Assembly (NCBI GenBank): GCA_018897195.1
Contig: JAHILH010000006.1
Coordinates: forward strand, 2,152 to 66,151
Origin: Patescibacteria group bacterium
GTDB lineage: Bacteria; Patescibacteriota; Patescibacteriia; Patescibacteriales; UBA12075
Direction of reading: 5' to 3'
DNA length: 64,000 bases
Below the pieces are notes generated by a model. That model was not told where the DNA came from, searched no databases, and saw nothing but the letters and a program-made list of their open reading frames with translations. Numbering within the stretch: the first letter of the stretch is position 1; every line of letters starts with the position of its first letter. Of this stretch, positions 28,365 to 40,072 are shown piece by piece. The position numbers and the translations under genes are program-made.

Positions 28365-30755
28365 ATGAAAAAGCGCTTAATAATTTTAGGCATTGTTGTA
28401 CTGACAGTGCTTCAATTGAAAAGGGGCGCTTTTGTGTTTGCGAATAACAATTTGCAATTCAGCGAAATTGCCTGGATGGGGACCGCGACTTCGAGTAATG
28501 ACGAGTGGATCGAGTTAAAAAATAATTATAATGAGACAATTGATTTGAATGGCTGGAAAATCATCGCACGTGATGGTGTGCCAATTATTAATTTGACCGG
28601 CAGTATTATTCCCGGCGGTTTTTATTTACTGGAAAGAACGGATGATGACACCGTGGTTGATATTCCAGCGGATTTGCTTTATAGTGGCGCCTTGGTAGAC
28701 ACTGGCGAGTTTTTGGAGTTATGGAATTCAACTGGTGAAGTAATTGATACAGTTGATGCTTTGGCGGGTTGGCCGGCGGGTGATAAGATAACGAAGCAGA
28801 CAATGGATTGGGACGGGTCTAATTGGGTAATGAGCGTGAGTGCTGGTGGCACGCCCAAGGCGGAGCGTGCGGCAGTGATTGTTGAGCCAGTACCGGCTGT
28901 TGTGTCTCAAGTCGAGTATAACAATGCACCGCTTATTGCTAACAATGATGCTGACGACCTGGTTGTTGTAAAGAGGTATTTACTAGGCGACGTAGTTGTT
29001 AATGAGTTTGTATCCGATCCAAGCGCTGGCGAAGATGAGTGGGTGGAATTATTTAATAACACCGATCAGGTTATTGATTTGAGCGGTTGGACGATTACAG
29101 AAGGCAGTGGCAAGGAAACAGTTCTAAGTGGTAGTATTTTGAAGCACAAATATTTTGTAGTGGAAAAGATTAAGGGTAATTTAAATAATGATGGCGATGT
29201 AATTGTTTTGCGTGATGCGGGAAAAAATTTGGTTGACAAGGTAGCTTATGGTAATTGGGATGATGGACAGGCGAAGGATAATGCACCGGCAGCCAAGGAT
29301 CCCAAAAGCGCGGCGCGTAAGATTGATGGTTATAATAGTTATAATAATAAATTTGATTTTGTAAAAACAGATCAGCCATCCAAGAACGCCGGTAATATAA
29401 TTTTGAATGAGGTATTGCAAAGTGTAATTAATGAAATAGCGAGTAGCACGGCGACCACCACGGCTAGTAGTAGTCAAATAAAGATTGATAATTTGATTAT
29501 AGCGACAACAACAGTGGCGACGACTACAAAGAAAAATTTAGAAATAAAAATTAACGAAATATTACCAAGTCCAGACAAGGGTGGTGAAGAGTGGATTGAA
29601 TTATACAATGATAGCACGACGAAGATTAATCTTTTTAATTGGAGTGTTGATGACGATGACCAGGGTGGGAGTAAGCCGTATAAATTTGCGACTACTACCT
29701 GGATTGGACCGAAAGAGTTCTATATTTTAAAAGGGACAGTATCAAAATTAGCCTTAAACAATGATGGCGACAAGGTGATTTTGATTGACGACAATGGAGG
29801 CATTGTTGATAAAATTATTTACGAAAAAACTGTTGTCGGCCAGGCTTATGCGAGAAACGATGAGGGGCAGTGGTTGTGGACGATGGTAGTGACACCGGGT
29901 GAGAAAAACAATTTAATGCAAAAAGAAATAATTTTGGCTGAGCAAGAATTTAGCACAGTGCAGGGCGATGACATGGTCCTGGATATTCCGTTGATGATAA
30001 GTCTGGAAGAGGCACGCAAAATGGAAAAAGGCGCCTATATTTTAGTTGAGGGCACAGTCACGGTTTTGCCCGGTGTGCTGGGAAGTCAATATTTTTACAT
30101 TGGAATAAATCAAAAAACTTCTGATGGTGTAGTTAATTTTGGTTTGCAAATTTACAGCAATAAAAAAGATTTTCCTGTTTTGAAAGTGGGCGACAACGTG
30201 GAGGTGCTTGGCGAAATCTCAGAAACCAATGGTGAGAAGCGCTTAAAGACGTCTTCTGAAAAAGATATACATATTATTGGTAGGGGGAAAACGGTGATAC
30301 CGCAAAAAATGACTTGTGAAAATATTGACGACAGTTTATTTGGCGTCTTGGTGGAGGTTGATGGAGAAATTAGCGATATCAAATCGACGGGAATATACCT
30401 TGATGATGGTACAGATGAAATGCGGGTTTATGTCAAAAAAACAACAGGAATTGATTATAAGGAATATAAAGAAGCGAGTAAAATTAGGGTAATCGGTATC
30501 GTTGGTTCGGCTAAAAGTGAGCTTAGATTGTTGCCCAGAAGTAAAGATGATATAATAATATTAGATAAAAAAATGGCCGTGGATACAGTCAAAAATACAT
30601 CTTTGGAGCCAAAAGTGTTGGGAGCAACCTTGGATAATAGTGATTTGGTAATTGAGCCACGAGCTGGTAATGAGGCTATAAAATATTTGGTAGTTTTATT
30701 GGGTGGTGGCATGCTTATGTCACTGGTGTGGTTTTTTAAGTTTAGAAAAATATAG
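28365..30755 (+). CDS. Secreted, membrane-anchored protein with three lamin-tail domains and two OB folds
   Basis: Three x (S/N)E...EW(I/V)ELxN...L.GW/NW; VEGTVTVLPG...LKVGDNVEVLGEI and IYLDDGT...LLPR OB folds; C-terminal TM. Confidence 0.8.
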   Translation: MKKRLIILGIVVLTVLQLKRGAFVFANNNLQFSEIAWMGTATSSNDEWIELKNNYNETIDLNGWKIIARDGVPIINLTGSIIPGGFYLLERTDDDTVVDIPADLLYSGALVDTGEFLELWNSTGEVIDTVDALAGWPAGDKITKQTMDWDGSNWVMSVSAGGTPKAERAAVIVEPVPAVVSQVEYNNAPLIANNDADDLVVVKRYLLGDVVVNEFVSDPSAGEDEWVELFNNTDQVIDLSGWTITEGSGKETVLSGSILKHKYFVVEKIKGNLNNDGDVIVLRDAGKNLVDKVAYGNWDDGQAKDNAPAAKDPKSAARKIDGYNSYNNKFDFVKTDQPSKNAGNIILNEVLQSVINEIASSTATTTASSSQIKIDNLIIATTTVATTTKKNLEIKINEILPSPDKGGEEWIELYNDSTTKINLFNWSVDDDDQGGSKPYKFATTTWIGPKEFYILKGTVSKLALNNDGDKVILIDDNGGIVDKIIYEKTVVGQAYARNDEGQWLWTMVVTPGEKNNLMQKEIILAEQEFSTVQGDDMVLDIPLMISLEEARKMEKGAYILVEGTVTVLPGVLGSQYFYIGINQKTSDGVVNFGLQIYSNKKDFPVLKVGDNVEVLGEISETNGEKRLKTSSEKDIHIIGRGKTVIPQKMTCENIDDSLFGVLVEVDGEISDIKSTGIYLDDGTDEMRVYVKKTTGIDYKEYKEASKIRVIGIVGSAKSELRLLPRSKDDIIILDKKMAVDTVKNTSLEPKVLGATLDNSDLVIEPRAGNEAIKYLVVLLGGGMLMSLVWFFKFRKI

Positions 30756-30776
30756 TTTTGTTGTTTGTAGGTATTA

Positions 30777-30785
30777 TGTTATAAT
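30777..30785 (+). promoter_or_regulatory. Extended -10 promoter element for ftsK
   Basis: TGTTATAAT in the intergenic gap. Confidence 0.5.
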
Positions 30786-30853
30786 ATTTAAATATTGAAT
30801 TAATTATTTTAATTCCTGGATCCTCGCTTTTGCGATGGTAACGGAAGAAGACT

Positions 30854-33502
<2,649 letters not shown>

Positions 33503-33564
33503 TCATTGACACCCAATCTTTACAAAATTATCAAAATATATCATTATAATGTGTAGTAACCTGT

Positions 33565-33692
33565 TTTTGTCATTTCGACCATGGCCGGGCGACGGGAGAA
33601 ATCGCTTCGATTGCGCTATTAATAATTAACATTGTTTAGTAAAAATAGTTAAGTCGAAGCGATTTCTACGCTTTCGCTACGAAATGACAAAA
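33565..33692. repeat. MITE/REP-like element with long terminal inverted repeats (family C)
   Basis: ttttgtcatttcg...agaaatcgcttcga / tcgaagcgatttct...cgaaatgacaaaa. Confidence 0.75.
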
Positions 33693-33723
33693 TTAAATTA
33701 ACTAATAATTAAATAAAAACTAT

Positions 33724-34371
33724 ATGATAATTTCTTGGCTCGGACATTCTTGTTTCAAACTTCAGGACAAAGCAGGCGCGGAGGGAATCACCGTGATTAC
33801 TGATCCGTTTGATAAAAAAATCGGCTTAAAAATGCCTTCGCTAGAGGCGGATATTGTGACCGTGAGTCATGATCACTACGACCACAATAATGTAGCGGCG
33901 GTGAAAAATAACCCTTATTTAGTGAATATGGCCGGTGAATATGATGTTAAAGGTGTTGCGATTCACGGCATTGAGTCTGATCACGACGACAAGGGTGGCA
34001 AAGAGCGTGGTAAAAATATTATTTTCCGTTTTGAGATAGATGATATTTCCGTCACCCACTTGGGCGATTTAGCCACAACACTAACTGACGCACAATTAGA
34101 AGTCTTAGTGGGTACTGATATATTATTAATTCCAATTGGAGGTAAATATACATTGGATGCCAAAAAGGCGGTGGAAGTAATCTCACAAATCGAGCCCAGA
34201 ATTGTGATTCCAATGCATTATAAAACTCCCGACTTGGCGATGGACGACCTCGATGGTTTGGAAAAATTCATCAAGGAATTTGGTGTGAAGCCAACGGAGG
34301 AACAAAAGTTGAAAATTAGCAAAAAAGATTTACCACAGGAGGATATGGAGTTGGTGATTTTGAGTATGTAA
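33724..34371 (+). CDS. MBL-fold metallo-hydrolase (Lactamase_B_3-like)
   Basis: WLGHSCF, TDPF, SHDHYDH, HLGD, IPMHY. Confidence 0.9.
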   Translation: MIISWLGHSCFKLQDKAGAEGITVITDPFDKKIGLKMPSLEADIVTVSHDHYDHNNVAAVKNNPYLVNMAGEYDVKGVAIHGIESDHDDKGGKERGKNIIFRFEIDDISVTHLGDLATTLTDAQLEVLVGTDILLIPIGGKYTLDAKKAVEVISQIEPRIVIPMHYKTPDLAMDDLDGLEKFIKEFGVKPTEEQKLKISKKDLPQEDMELVILSM

Positions 34372-34395
34372 TTTGTGATATATAGTATTAATATT

Positions 34396-34434
34396 TCTCC
34401 CTCTCCTGGACAGGAGAGGGTTGGGGTGAGGTGG
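34396..34434 (+). repeat. Palindromic REP-like repeat, family B
   Basis: tctccctctcctggacaggagagggttggggtgaggtgg; one mismatch to 37894-37932. Confidence 0.8.
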
Positions 34435-34519
34435 TGACGAAGTTGGCTATGTTGATAATTCGATTTTGACAAAAAGTCGAATTTTTTATTTGCCAAAATT
34501 TCAACTTTTTTCTATTATA

Positions 34520-34536
34520 TGGTATAATGTGGATAA
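34520..34536 (+). promoter_or_regulatory. Extended -10 element overlapping a DnaA box
   Basis: TGGTATAAT (34520-34528) sharing its last base with TGTGGATAA (34528-34536). Confidence 0.55.
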
Positions 34537-34641
34537 CTAATTAAGTAGGTTTTATAATCTACTTTTAATAAAATAATTTTATCCATTTTCACTGATTTAA
34601 ATTCTAGAATTAAATTAATGAAAATGCGAAAAACAAAATCT

Positions 34642-35124
34642 ATGAAAAAAACCAACGAAAGTGGTTTTACATTGATCGAGTTACTAGTTGTAATCTCTAT
34701 CATTGGCTTGCTGTCAACTATGGCAGTTATTTCTTTAAACAGTGCTCGATCTAAGGCTAGAGATGCTAAGAGAGTTAGCGACATTAAGGGTCTTTCAACT
34801 ATGCTTGAAATGGAAAGAGCTAATCAAGGTGATACAGTTGGAGTTGGCACTTGCGTTCTTGCTGATGCTTTAACTTATACTTGTACCGGCGGTGAGCTTA
34901 CGGCTCAAGTTGCAAACTTTAAAGATCCTGTAACACCAGCTACTGCATGTACCAACACTACTACTACAACTTGTGGTTATTCTATTAGTACGGCAGCGGG
35001 AGCGGCTGCTGCCGCCTATGGTGATTATCAAATCTGCGCCTATCTTGAAAATGGATCTGGTGGATTTGGAGCCGGCTTGATTAGTGTTAAGACTGGTGGC
35101 GTAATGGCGGCTGGTTGTAACTAG
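34642..35124 (+). CDS. Type IV prepilin (probable major pilin)
   Basis: G|FTLIELLVVISIIGLL cleavage/methylation motif, KARDAKR, paired Cys; own promoter and terminator. Start could alternatively be 34618 or 34624. Confidence 0.9.
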   Translation: MKKTNESGFTLIELLVVISIIGLLSTMAVISLNSARSKARDAKRVSDIKGLSTMLEMERANQGDTVGVGTCVLADALTYTCTGGELTAQVANFKDPVTPATACTNTTTTTCGYSISTAAGAAAAAYGDYQICAYLENGSGGFGAGLISVKTGGVMAAGCN

Positions 35125-35145
35125 TTCGATTATTGCCTATCCTTT

Positions 35146-35185
35146 AATCAGTCTAACTCTGAAAAGAGTTAGACTGATTTTTTTT
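35146..35185 (+). terminator. Intrinsic terminator
   Basis: aatcagtctaactct-gaaa-agagttagactgatt followed by a T run. Confidence 0.88.
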
Positions 35186-35368
35186 GTGCTATTTTGCAAT
35201 TATTTGATTTATTTTGAGATGCTATTTCTTAATAAAATCAATACAGGTGAATTACTTGATTTTTTTCTACATAAGTGTTATTATAATTTTATTAAATTAA
35301 ATAAAATTACTTGTTTTATTAATCGTTTTTGCCAATGATTCATTTTTTAGGTAATATTAGATAAACCC

Positions 35369-35932
35369 ATGTTTAAAAATTTCGCTTTATTTGTTTTTGA
35401 GTTACTCAAAATTGTGCTAATCTCACTGGTTATTATCATTCCGGTGCGGTATTTTTTGATTCAGCCTTTTTATGTAAAAGGCGCTTCAATGGAGCCTAAT
35501 TTTCATGATAAAGAATACTTAATTGTTGACGAGATTTCTTATCGATTGAATAGCCCTCAACGAGGTGATATTATTGTTTTTCGTTATCCGCGTAACCCGC
35601 AAGAATATTTTATCAAGCGTTTGATTGGCTTGCCGGGGGAGAAAGTGCAAGTGAAAGATGGTGCTGTTTTTATTTTTAATAAAGAGCATCCGGAAGGATA
35701 TCGTCTTGACGAGGCTTATTTGGGTGATGGTGTGAAGACTTACGGTTTTTCAGAGGATGTGACTACTTTGGGCGATGATGAAATTTACGTTTTGGGAGAC
35801 AATCGTAACGCTTCAAAGGATTCACGAACATTCGGGCCGGTAAACAAAAGTTTCTTAATCGGACGAGTTTTGTTTAGAGGTTATCCGTTCGACAAGATCG
35901 GCACTTTTACAGCGCCACAGTATAGTTTTTAA
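35369..35932 (+). CDS. lepB: Signal peptidase I
   Basis: GASMEPN, RGDIIVF, IKRLIGLPG, GDNRNASKDSR. Confidence 0.95.
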   Translation: MFKNFALFVFELLKIVLISLVIIIPVRYFLIQPFYVKGASMEPNFHDKEYLIVDEISYRLNSPQRGDIIVFRYPRNPQEYFIKRLIGLPGEKVQVKDGAVFIFNKEHPEGYRLDEAYLGDGVKTYGFSEDVTTLGDDEIYVLGDNRNASKDSRTFGPVNKSFLIGRVLFRGYPFDKIGTFTAPQYSF

Positions 35933-35939
35933 TTACAAC

Positions 35940-36110
35940 TGTCATTCCCATGAAAATGGGAATCCAGGCGCCACAGATTTTGAATACTTAATTATAGAGA
36001 CTAGTCTTGATAAAAAAATTGATAATAAAAAAAACTTCGTAAATTTTAATTTTCCTGATAGCGAGAGAAATCTACGAGGCACCTGGATCCCCGCCTTCGC
36101 GGGGATGACG
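35940..36110. repeat. Palindromic element with GTCATTCCC...GGGAATCCAG / CTGGATCCCC...GGGGATGAC ends (family D, dRS3/RPE-like)
   Basis: Each end is a hairpin and the two ends are mutually inverted; AT-rich core. Confidence 0.75.
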
Positions 36111-36149
36111 GAGGAATAATTAACTAATTAATATTTAACATAATATAGT

Positions 36150-37529
36150 ATGCCAAAAAAGCCAGGAATTAGTAAAAAACCAATTGTGAAGGAAAAGAAT
36201 AATCCCAAATTTTCTCGTTTACGAGGAATGAAGGATATTTTGATTGACGAATATAAATATTGGGATTTGATTGTGAAGAAGTCAAATAAGCTTGCCAAGG
36301 TTTATGGTTTTAATCGAATTGATACACCGGTAATGGAGCGTTTAGATTTGTATGAGCGTTCAACAGGCAAGGAGACTGATATTGTTTCCAAGGAGATGTA
36401 TACCTTTATCGATAAAGGCGGTGACAAAATCGCTTTGCGCCCAGAGGCAACCCCTGGATTGGTGCGTGCTTATGTCGAGCATGGCATGTTCAATATGCCA
36501 CAACCAGTGAAGACTTACTGGATGGGACCGCTTTTTCGTCATGAAAAACCTCAAGCTGGTCGTTTTCGACAGCACACGCAATTTAACTTTGATATGTTTG
36601 GTGAAGAGAGTCCAGTGGCTGATGCCCAGTTGATTTTGATTGCTTATAATTTTTTTAGTGAATTACAAATTGATACGCAAGTAGCAATCAACAGTATTGG
36701 TTGTCATGAATGTCGTCCAGACTATATCAAGAAATTAACAGATTTTTACAAAGAAAGAGGTAAGAGATCAAAACTTTGTAATGATTGCAAAAAACGTTTT
36801 GTAAAAAACCCTTTACGATTATTGGATTGTAAAGAGCATGACTGCGTTGAAGTTCGTGATGGCGCGCCGCAAATGGTTGATTTCTTGTGTGATGGCTGTC
36901 GCGATCATTTTATTAAAGTATTGGAATATTTAGATGAAATGGAAATTCCGTATAATCTTGAACCAACCCTAGTTCGTGGTTTGGATTATTATAACCGGAC
37001 CGTGTTTGAATTTATTGCCACCGAAGGCAATGAGGCTGATGGTGAAAATAATCCGCACAAGGAAGAGCGCAAGAAAAAGATTTCTATGGGCGGTGGCGGT
37101 CGTTATGACGGCTTAGTTGAGCATATGGGCGGTCGTCCAACTCCAGCGGTTGGTTTTGGACTTGGCGTAGAGCGGGTTGTAATGAAGATTAAGGAATTAA
37201 ATATCCCAATTACCAGAGATACTGAAGAATGTATTTTTGTTGCCCAATTGGGTGATCAGGCGAGACGAAAAACATTTAAGCTTTTTGAAGAAATGCGTAA
37301 GAACGGCTACAAGGTTGCCCAGATGTTTGTAAAAGATAGCTTGAAAGCGCAATTAGAAGAAGCAAATCGCATCGGCGCTAGATTATGCTTGATTCTGGGA
37401 CAGAAAGAACTTTTAGACGGCACAATTATTTTGAAAGACATGGTGTCAGGCACGCAGGAAATTATTGACTACAAAAAGATATATGTAGAAATTGCCAAGA
37501 GATTGGGAGAAGGTGCGACAGCTGAATAA
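36150..37529 (+). CDS. hisS: Histidine--tRNA ligase
   Basis: RGMKD, LRPEAT, FRHEKPQAGRFRQ, LVRGLDYY, GGGRYD, GFGLGVER. Confidence 0.96.
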   Translation: MPKKPGISKKPIVKEKNNPKFSRLRGMKDILIDEYKYWDLIVKKSNKLAKVYGFNRIDTPVMERLDLYERSTGKETDIVSKEMYTFIDKGGDKIALRPEATPGLVRAYVEHGMFNMPQPVKTYWMGPLFRHEKPQAGRFRQHTQFNFDMFGEESPVADAQLILIAYNFFSELQIDTQVAINSIGCHECRPDYIKKLTDFYKERGKRSKLCNDCKKRFVKNPLRLLDCKEHDCVEVRDGAPQMVDFLCDGCRDHFIKVLEYLDEMEIPYNLEPTLVRGLDYYNRTVFEFIATEGNEADGENNPHKEERKKKISMGGGGRYDGLVEHMGGRPTPAVGFGLGVERVVMKIKELNIPITRDTEECIFVAQLGDQARRKTFKLFEEMRKNGYKVAQMFVKDSLKAQLEEANRIGARLCLILGQKELLDGTIILKDMVSGTQEIIDYKKIYVEIAKRLGEGATAE

Positions 37530-37575
37530 TAAATTTTTTAATTATTAATATAAAACTAGAAGGGTAGGTGTCAAT

Positions 37576-37812
37576 ATGGTTGATTTTAAAAGAAACAAGA
37601 ATGAAAGTTTTGAAGGGTTTTTGCGAAGATTCAACAAGACTTTGATTAAAAGTCGTAAATTGAACGAAGTTCGTAAACGTAAATACGTTTCGAAGAAAAA
37701 GAACAAAATCCAGCAAAAAGAAAAAGCTTTGATTGGTTTGAAACTTCAAGAAAAGAATGAATACTTGAAGAAGATTGGTAAACTAAAAGAAGAATCACGC
37801 GGTAAATGGTAA
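37576..37812 (+). CDS. rpsU: 30S ribosomal protein bS21
   Basis: NESFEGFLRRF...EVRKRKYVSK; very basic; upstream of yqeY (conserved order). Confidence 0.8.
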   Translation: MVDFKRNKNESFEGFLRRFNKTLIKSRKLNEVRKRKYVSKKKNKIQQKEKALIGLKLQEKNEYLKKIGKLKEESRGKW

Positions 37813-37827
37813 AAATTTTATCGTTAT

Positions 37828-37878
37828 AAAAAAAGGAACCCGGTTCCCCATATCGGGGTGACCGGGTTTCTTGTTTTT
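37828..37878 (+). terminator. Intrinsic terminator
   Basis: aaggaacccggtt-cccc-atatc-gggg-tgaccgggtttctt followed by a T run. Confidence 0.7.
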
Positions 37879-37893
37879 AATACGGCGGCGGAG

Positions 37894-37932
37894 TCTCCCT
37901 CTCCTGGATAGGAGAGGGTTGGGGTGAGGTGG
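37894..37932 (+). repeat. Palindromic REP-like repeat, family B
   Basis: tctccctctcctggataggagagggttggggtgaggtgg. Confidence 0.8.
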
Positions 37933-37981
37933 AAAACGCGCGTAAATAACAAAAATTAATTTTTATTATTAAACTTAATAT

Positions 37982-38434
37982 ATGGAAAATTTAACAGAAA
38001 AAATCAACGCTGATATTAAGACGGCGATGATTGCTAAAAGCGAGTTGGAACTTTTGACTTTGCGGATGTTGACGGCGGCCTTAAAAAACAAGCGCATCGA
38101 TCTAGGCAAGGAAGCAGTTTTGAGCGATGAAGATGTTGTCGCTGTTATTCAAACTGAGATTAAAAAACGCAAAGACTCAGCCGAGGCTTATTTGGCTGGT
38201 AATCGCGCTGACTTAGCTGACAAGGAAAAAGCGGAGATTGCGATTTTGGCAAAATACATGCCGGAGCAAATGAGCGCGGAGGAGTTGGAAAAAATTACCC
38301 AAGATACTATTGCGCAATTGGGCGCAAGTGGAATGAAAGATTTTGGCAAGGTGATGGGTGTGGTGATGAGCAAGGTTAAGGGTAAAGCGGACGGTAATCA
38401 GGTGAATGTGGCAGTGAAGAAATTGTTGGGTTAA
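37982..38434 (+). CDS. yqeY: GatB/YqeY domain protein
   Basis: DIKTAMIAK...LRML, KKRKDS, YMPEQMS, MKDFGKVMG, GKADG. Confidence 0.93.
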   Translation: MENLTEKINADIKTAMIAKSELELLTLRMLTAALKNKRIDLGKEAVLSDEDVVAVIQTEIKKRKDSAEAYLAGNRADLADKEKAEIAILAKYMPEQMSAEELEKITQDTIAQLGASGMKDFGKVMGVVMSKVKGKADGNQVNVAVKKLLG

Positions 38435-38454
38435 TCACTAGAATCATGGATATA

Positions 38455-38490
38455 AAAAAAAGAGTCGCGAAATTTCGAGACTCTTTTTTT
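38455..38490. terminator. Bidirectional terminator
   Basis: A run-gagtc.cgaa-a-ttcg.gactc-T run between convergent genes. Confidence 0.8.
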
Positions 38491-38501
38491 ATTGAATAAA
38501 T

Positions 38502-39965
38502 TTATTTTATTCCCGGAATCATCTTTCTTAATTTTTCAAAGCGAGAAACTCTTTCAGCATGTTTGATTTTTTCTTTCGCTCTGTGCGTTTTGACAAATTT
38601 CAACCAGTTTTGATTTGGGGCTTTGCGATTTTTTTGAATCGTGATTTCGACTAAGTCGCCATTTTTTAAGACCTGATCTAGTGGGGCGATTTTGTCATTG
38701 ACCAGAGCACCGGTCATCTTGTTGCCGATTTCAGTGTGGACCAAGAAGGCAAAATCGACCGGAGAAGAGCCTTCGGGGAGGTCGAAGACATCGCCTTTTG
38801 GGGAGAAGACAAAAATGCGATTATGAAAAACGTTAATTTTTAATTCATTAATAAAATCATCAGTCGTTTCTGATTGTTGCTGAATTTTTAAAATTTCTCG
38901 AACCCAATTTGGTTGTTTGCTTTCCTTTTCACCTCTTTTTTGTTTGTAGTGCCAATGAGAAGGGACGCCATAAAGAGATTCTTCTTGCATTTCCATGGTG
39001 CGGAGCTGAAATTCGGTGGCTTTGTTTTCTGGTCCAAAAACAGTGGTGTGAAGAGAGCGATAACCATTTGGTTTTGGGACGGCAATGTAATCTTTGAACC
39101 GATCAGATTTTGGTTTCCAGATCGAATGAATAATACCTAATGTTTTGTAGCAATCGGAAACAGACGGAACAATAATGCGCAAAGCAAATACGTCATAAAT
39201 TTCGTCGAAGCGACGATCCTTGGTTTGCATTTTTTTATAAATACTATAGAGATGTTTAAAGCGACCTTCAATTTTGTAATTAATACCTTGGTCTAATAAT
39301 TTTTGTCCCAAAATATCTTTGATTTTTTGGATGTATTGGTTTCTTTCAGTTCTTTTTTCAACCTCGTATTTATATTCCAATTTTTTGTAGTCTTCTGGGT
39401 AAAGATATTTGAAGCAAATATCTTCCATTTGCCATTTGAGACGCCAGATGCCGAGTAGGCCGGCAATCGGGACGTAGATTTCCATGGTTTCCTTGGCAAT
39501 TCGGATTTTTTTCTCATCGGGCTGAGCATCAAGAGTACGGAGATTATGAAGACGGTCGCAAAACTTAATCAAGATGACGCGCACGTCTTCGGCCATGGCT
39601 AAGAACATTTTACGCAAAGATTCACGGTGTCTTTCCACGCCCCGGTATTTGATTTTACTTAATTTGGTAATACCTTCAACTAAAAAGGCGATTTCTTCGC
39701 CAAAAAGTTCTTTGACGTCTTCTAGAGTTCTGTCCGTGTCCTCAGGGACATCGTGAAGAATGCCGGCAATGATGGTACTTTGGTCAGCCTTAATTTGGGC
39801 TAGCATGAAAGCGGTATGCAGACAGTGCTGAATATAAGGCTCACCAGTTTTTCGTTTTTGGTTGCCGTGCGCCTCGTCAGCGAACTCATAAGCAAACTTA
39901 ATAAGATCCACATCGGTGTTGGGATTATTCTCCTTGGCCTTTTTGATAATTTGTTCAATAGTCAT
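38502..39965 (-). CDS. rel: RelA/SpoT homolog (HD hydrolase + synthetase + TGS), C-terminally short
   Basis: AH..QKRKTGEPYIQH, LHDVPEDT, DRLHNLRTL, GRFKHLYSI, YRSLHT, EFQLRT, TGS DFAF.VHTEIG. Confidence 0.92.
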   Translation of the reverse strand: MTIEQIIKKAKENNPNTDVDLIKFAYEFADEAHGNQKRKTGEPYIQHCLHTAFMLAQIKADQSTIIAGILHDVPEDTDRTLEDVKELFGEEIAFLVEGITKLSKIKYRGVERHRESLRKMFLAMAEDVRVILIKFCDRLHNLRTLDAQPDEKKIRIAKETMEIYVPIAGLLGIWRLKWQMEDICFKYLYPEDYKKLEYKYEVEKRTERNQYIQKIKDILGQKLLDQGINYKIEGRFKHLYSIYKKMQTKDRRFDEIYDVFALRIIVPSVSDCYKTLGIIHSIWKPKSDRFKDYIAVPKPNGYRSLHTTVFGPENKATEFQLRTMEMQEESLYGVPSHWHYKQKRGEKESKQPNWVREILKIQQQSETTDDFINELKINVFHNRIFVFSPKGDVFDLPEGSSPVDFAFLVHTEIGNKMTGALVNDKIAPLDQVLKNGDLVEITIQKNRKAPNQNWLKFVKTHRAKEKIKHAERVSRFEKLRKMIPGIK

Positions 39966-40072
39966 TTGCAGTCTTTTAGTATTTTATGCTATAATCAATA
40001 TAATCATAATATTATAAAATTGTGAATAAGTCAATTTGATATTTATCAATTGCCGATTTGTAATATTGCTTA

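Noticed and set aside
36700..36900. Cys-rich insert in HisS
   Set aside because: Cys-containing insertion domains are common in bacterial HisRS, so this is not novel.
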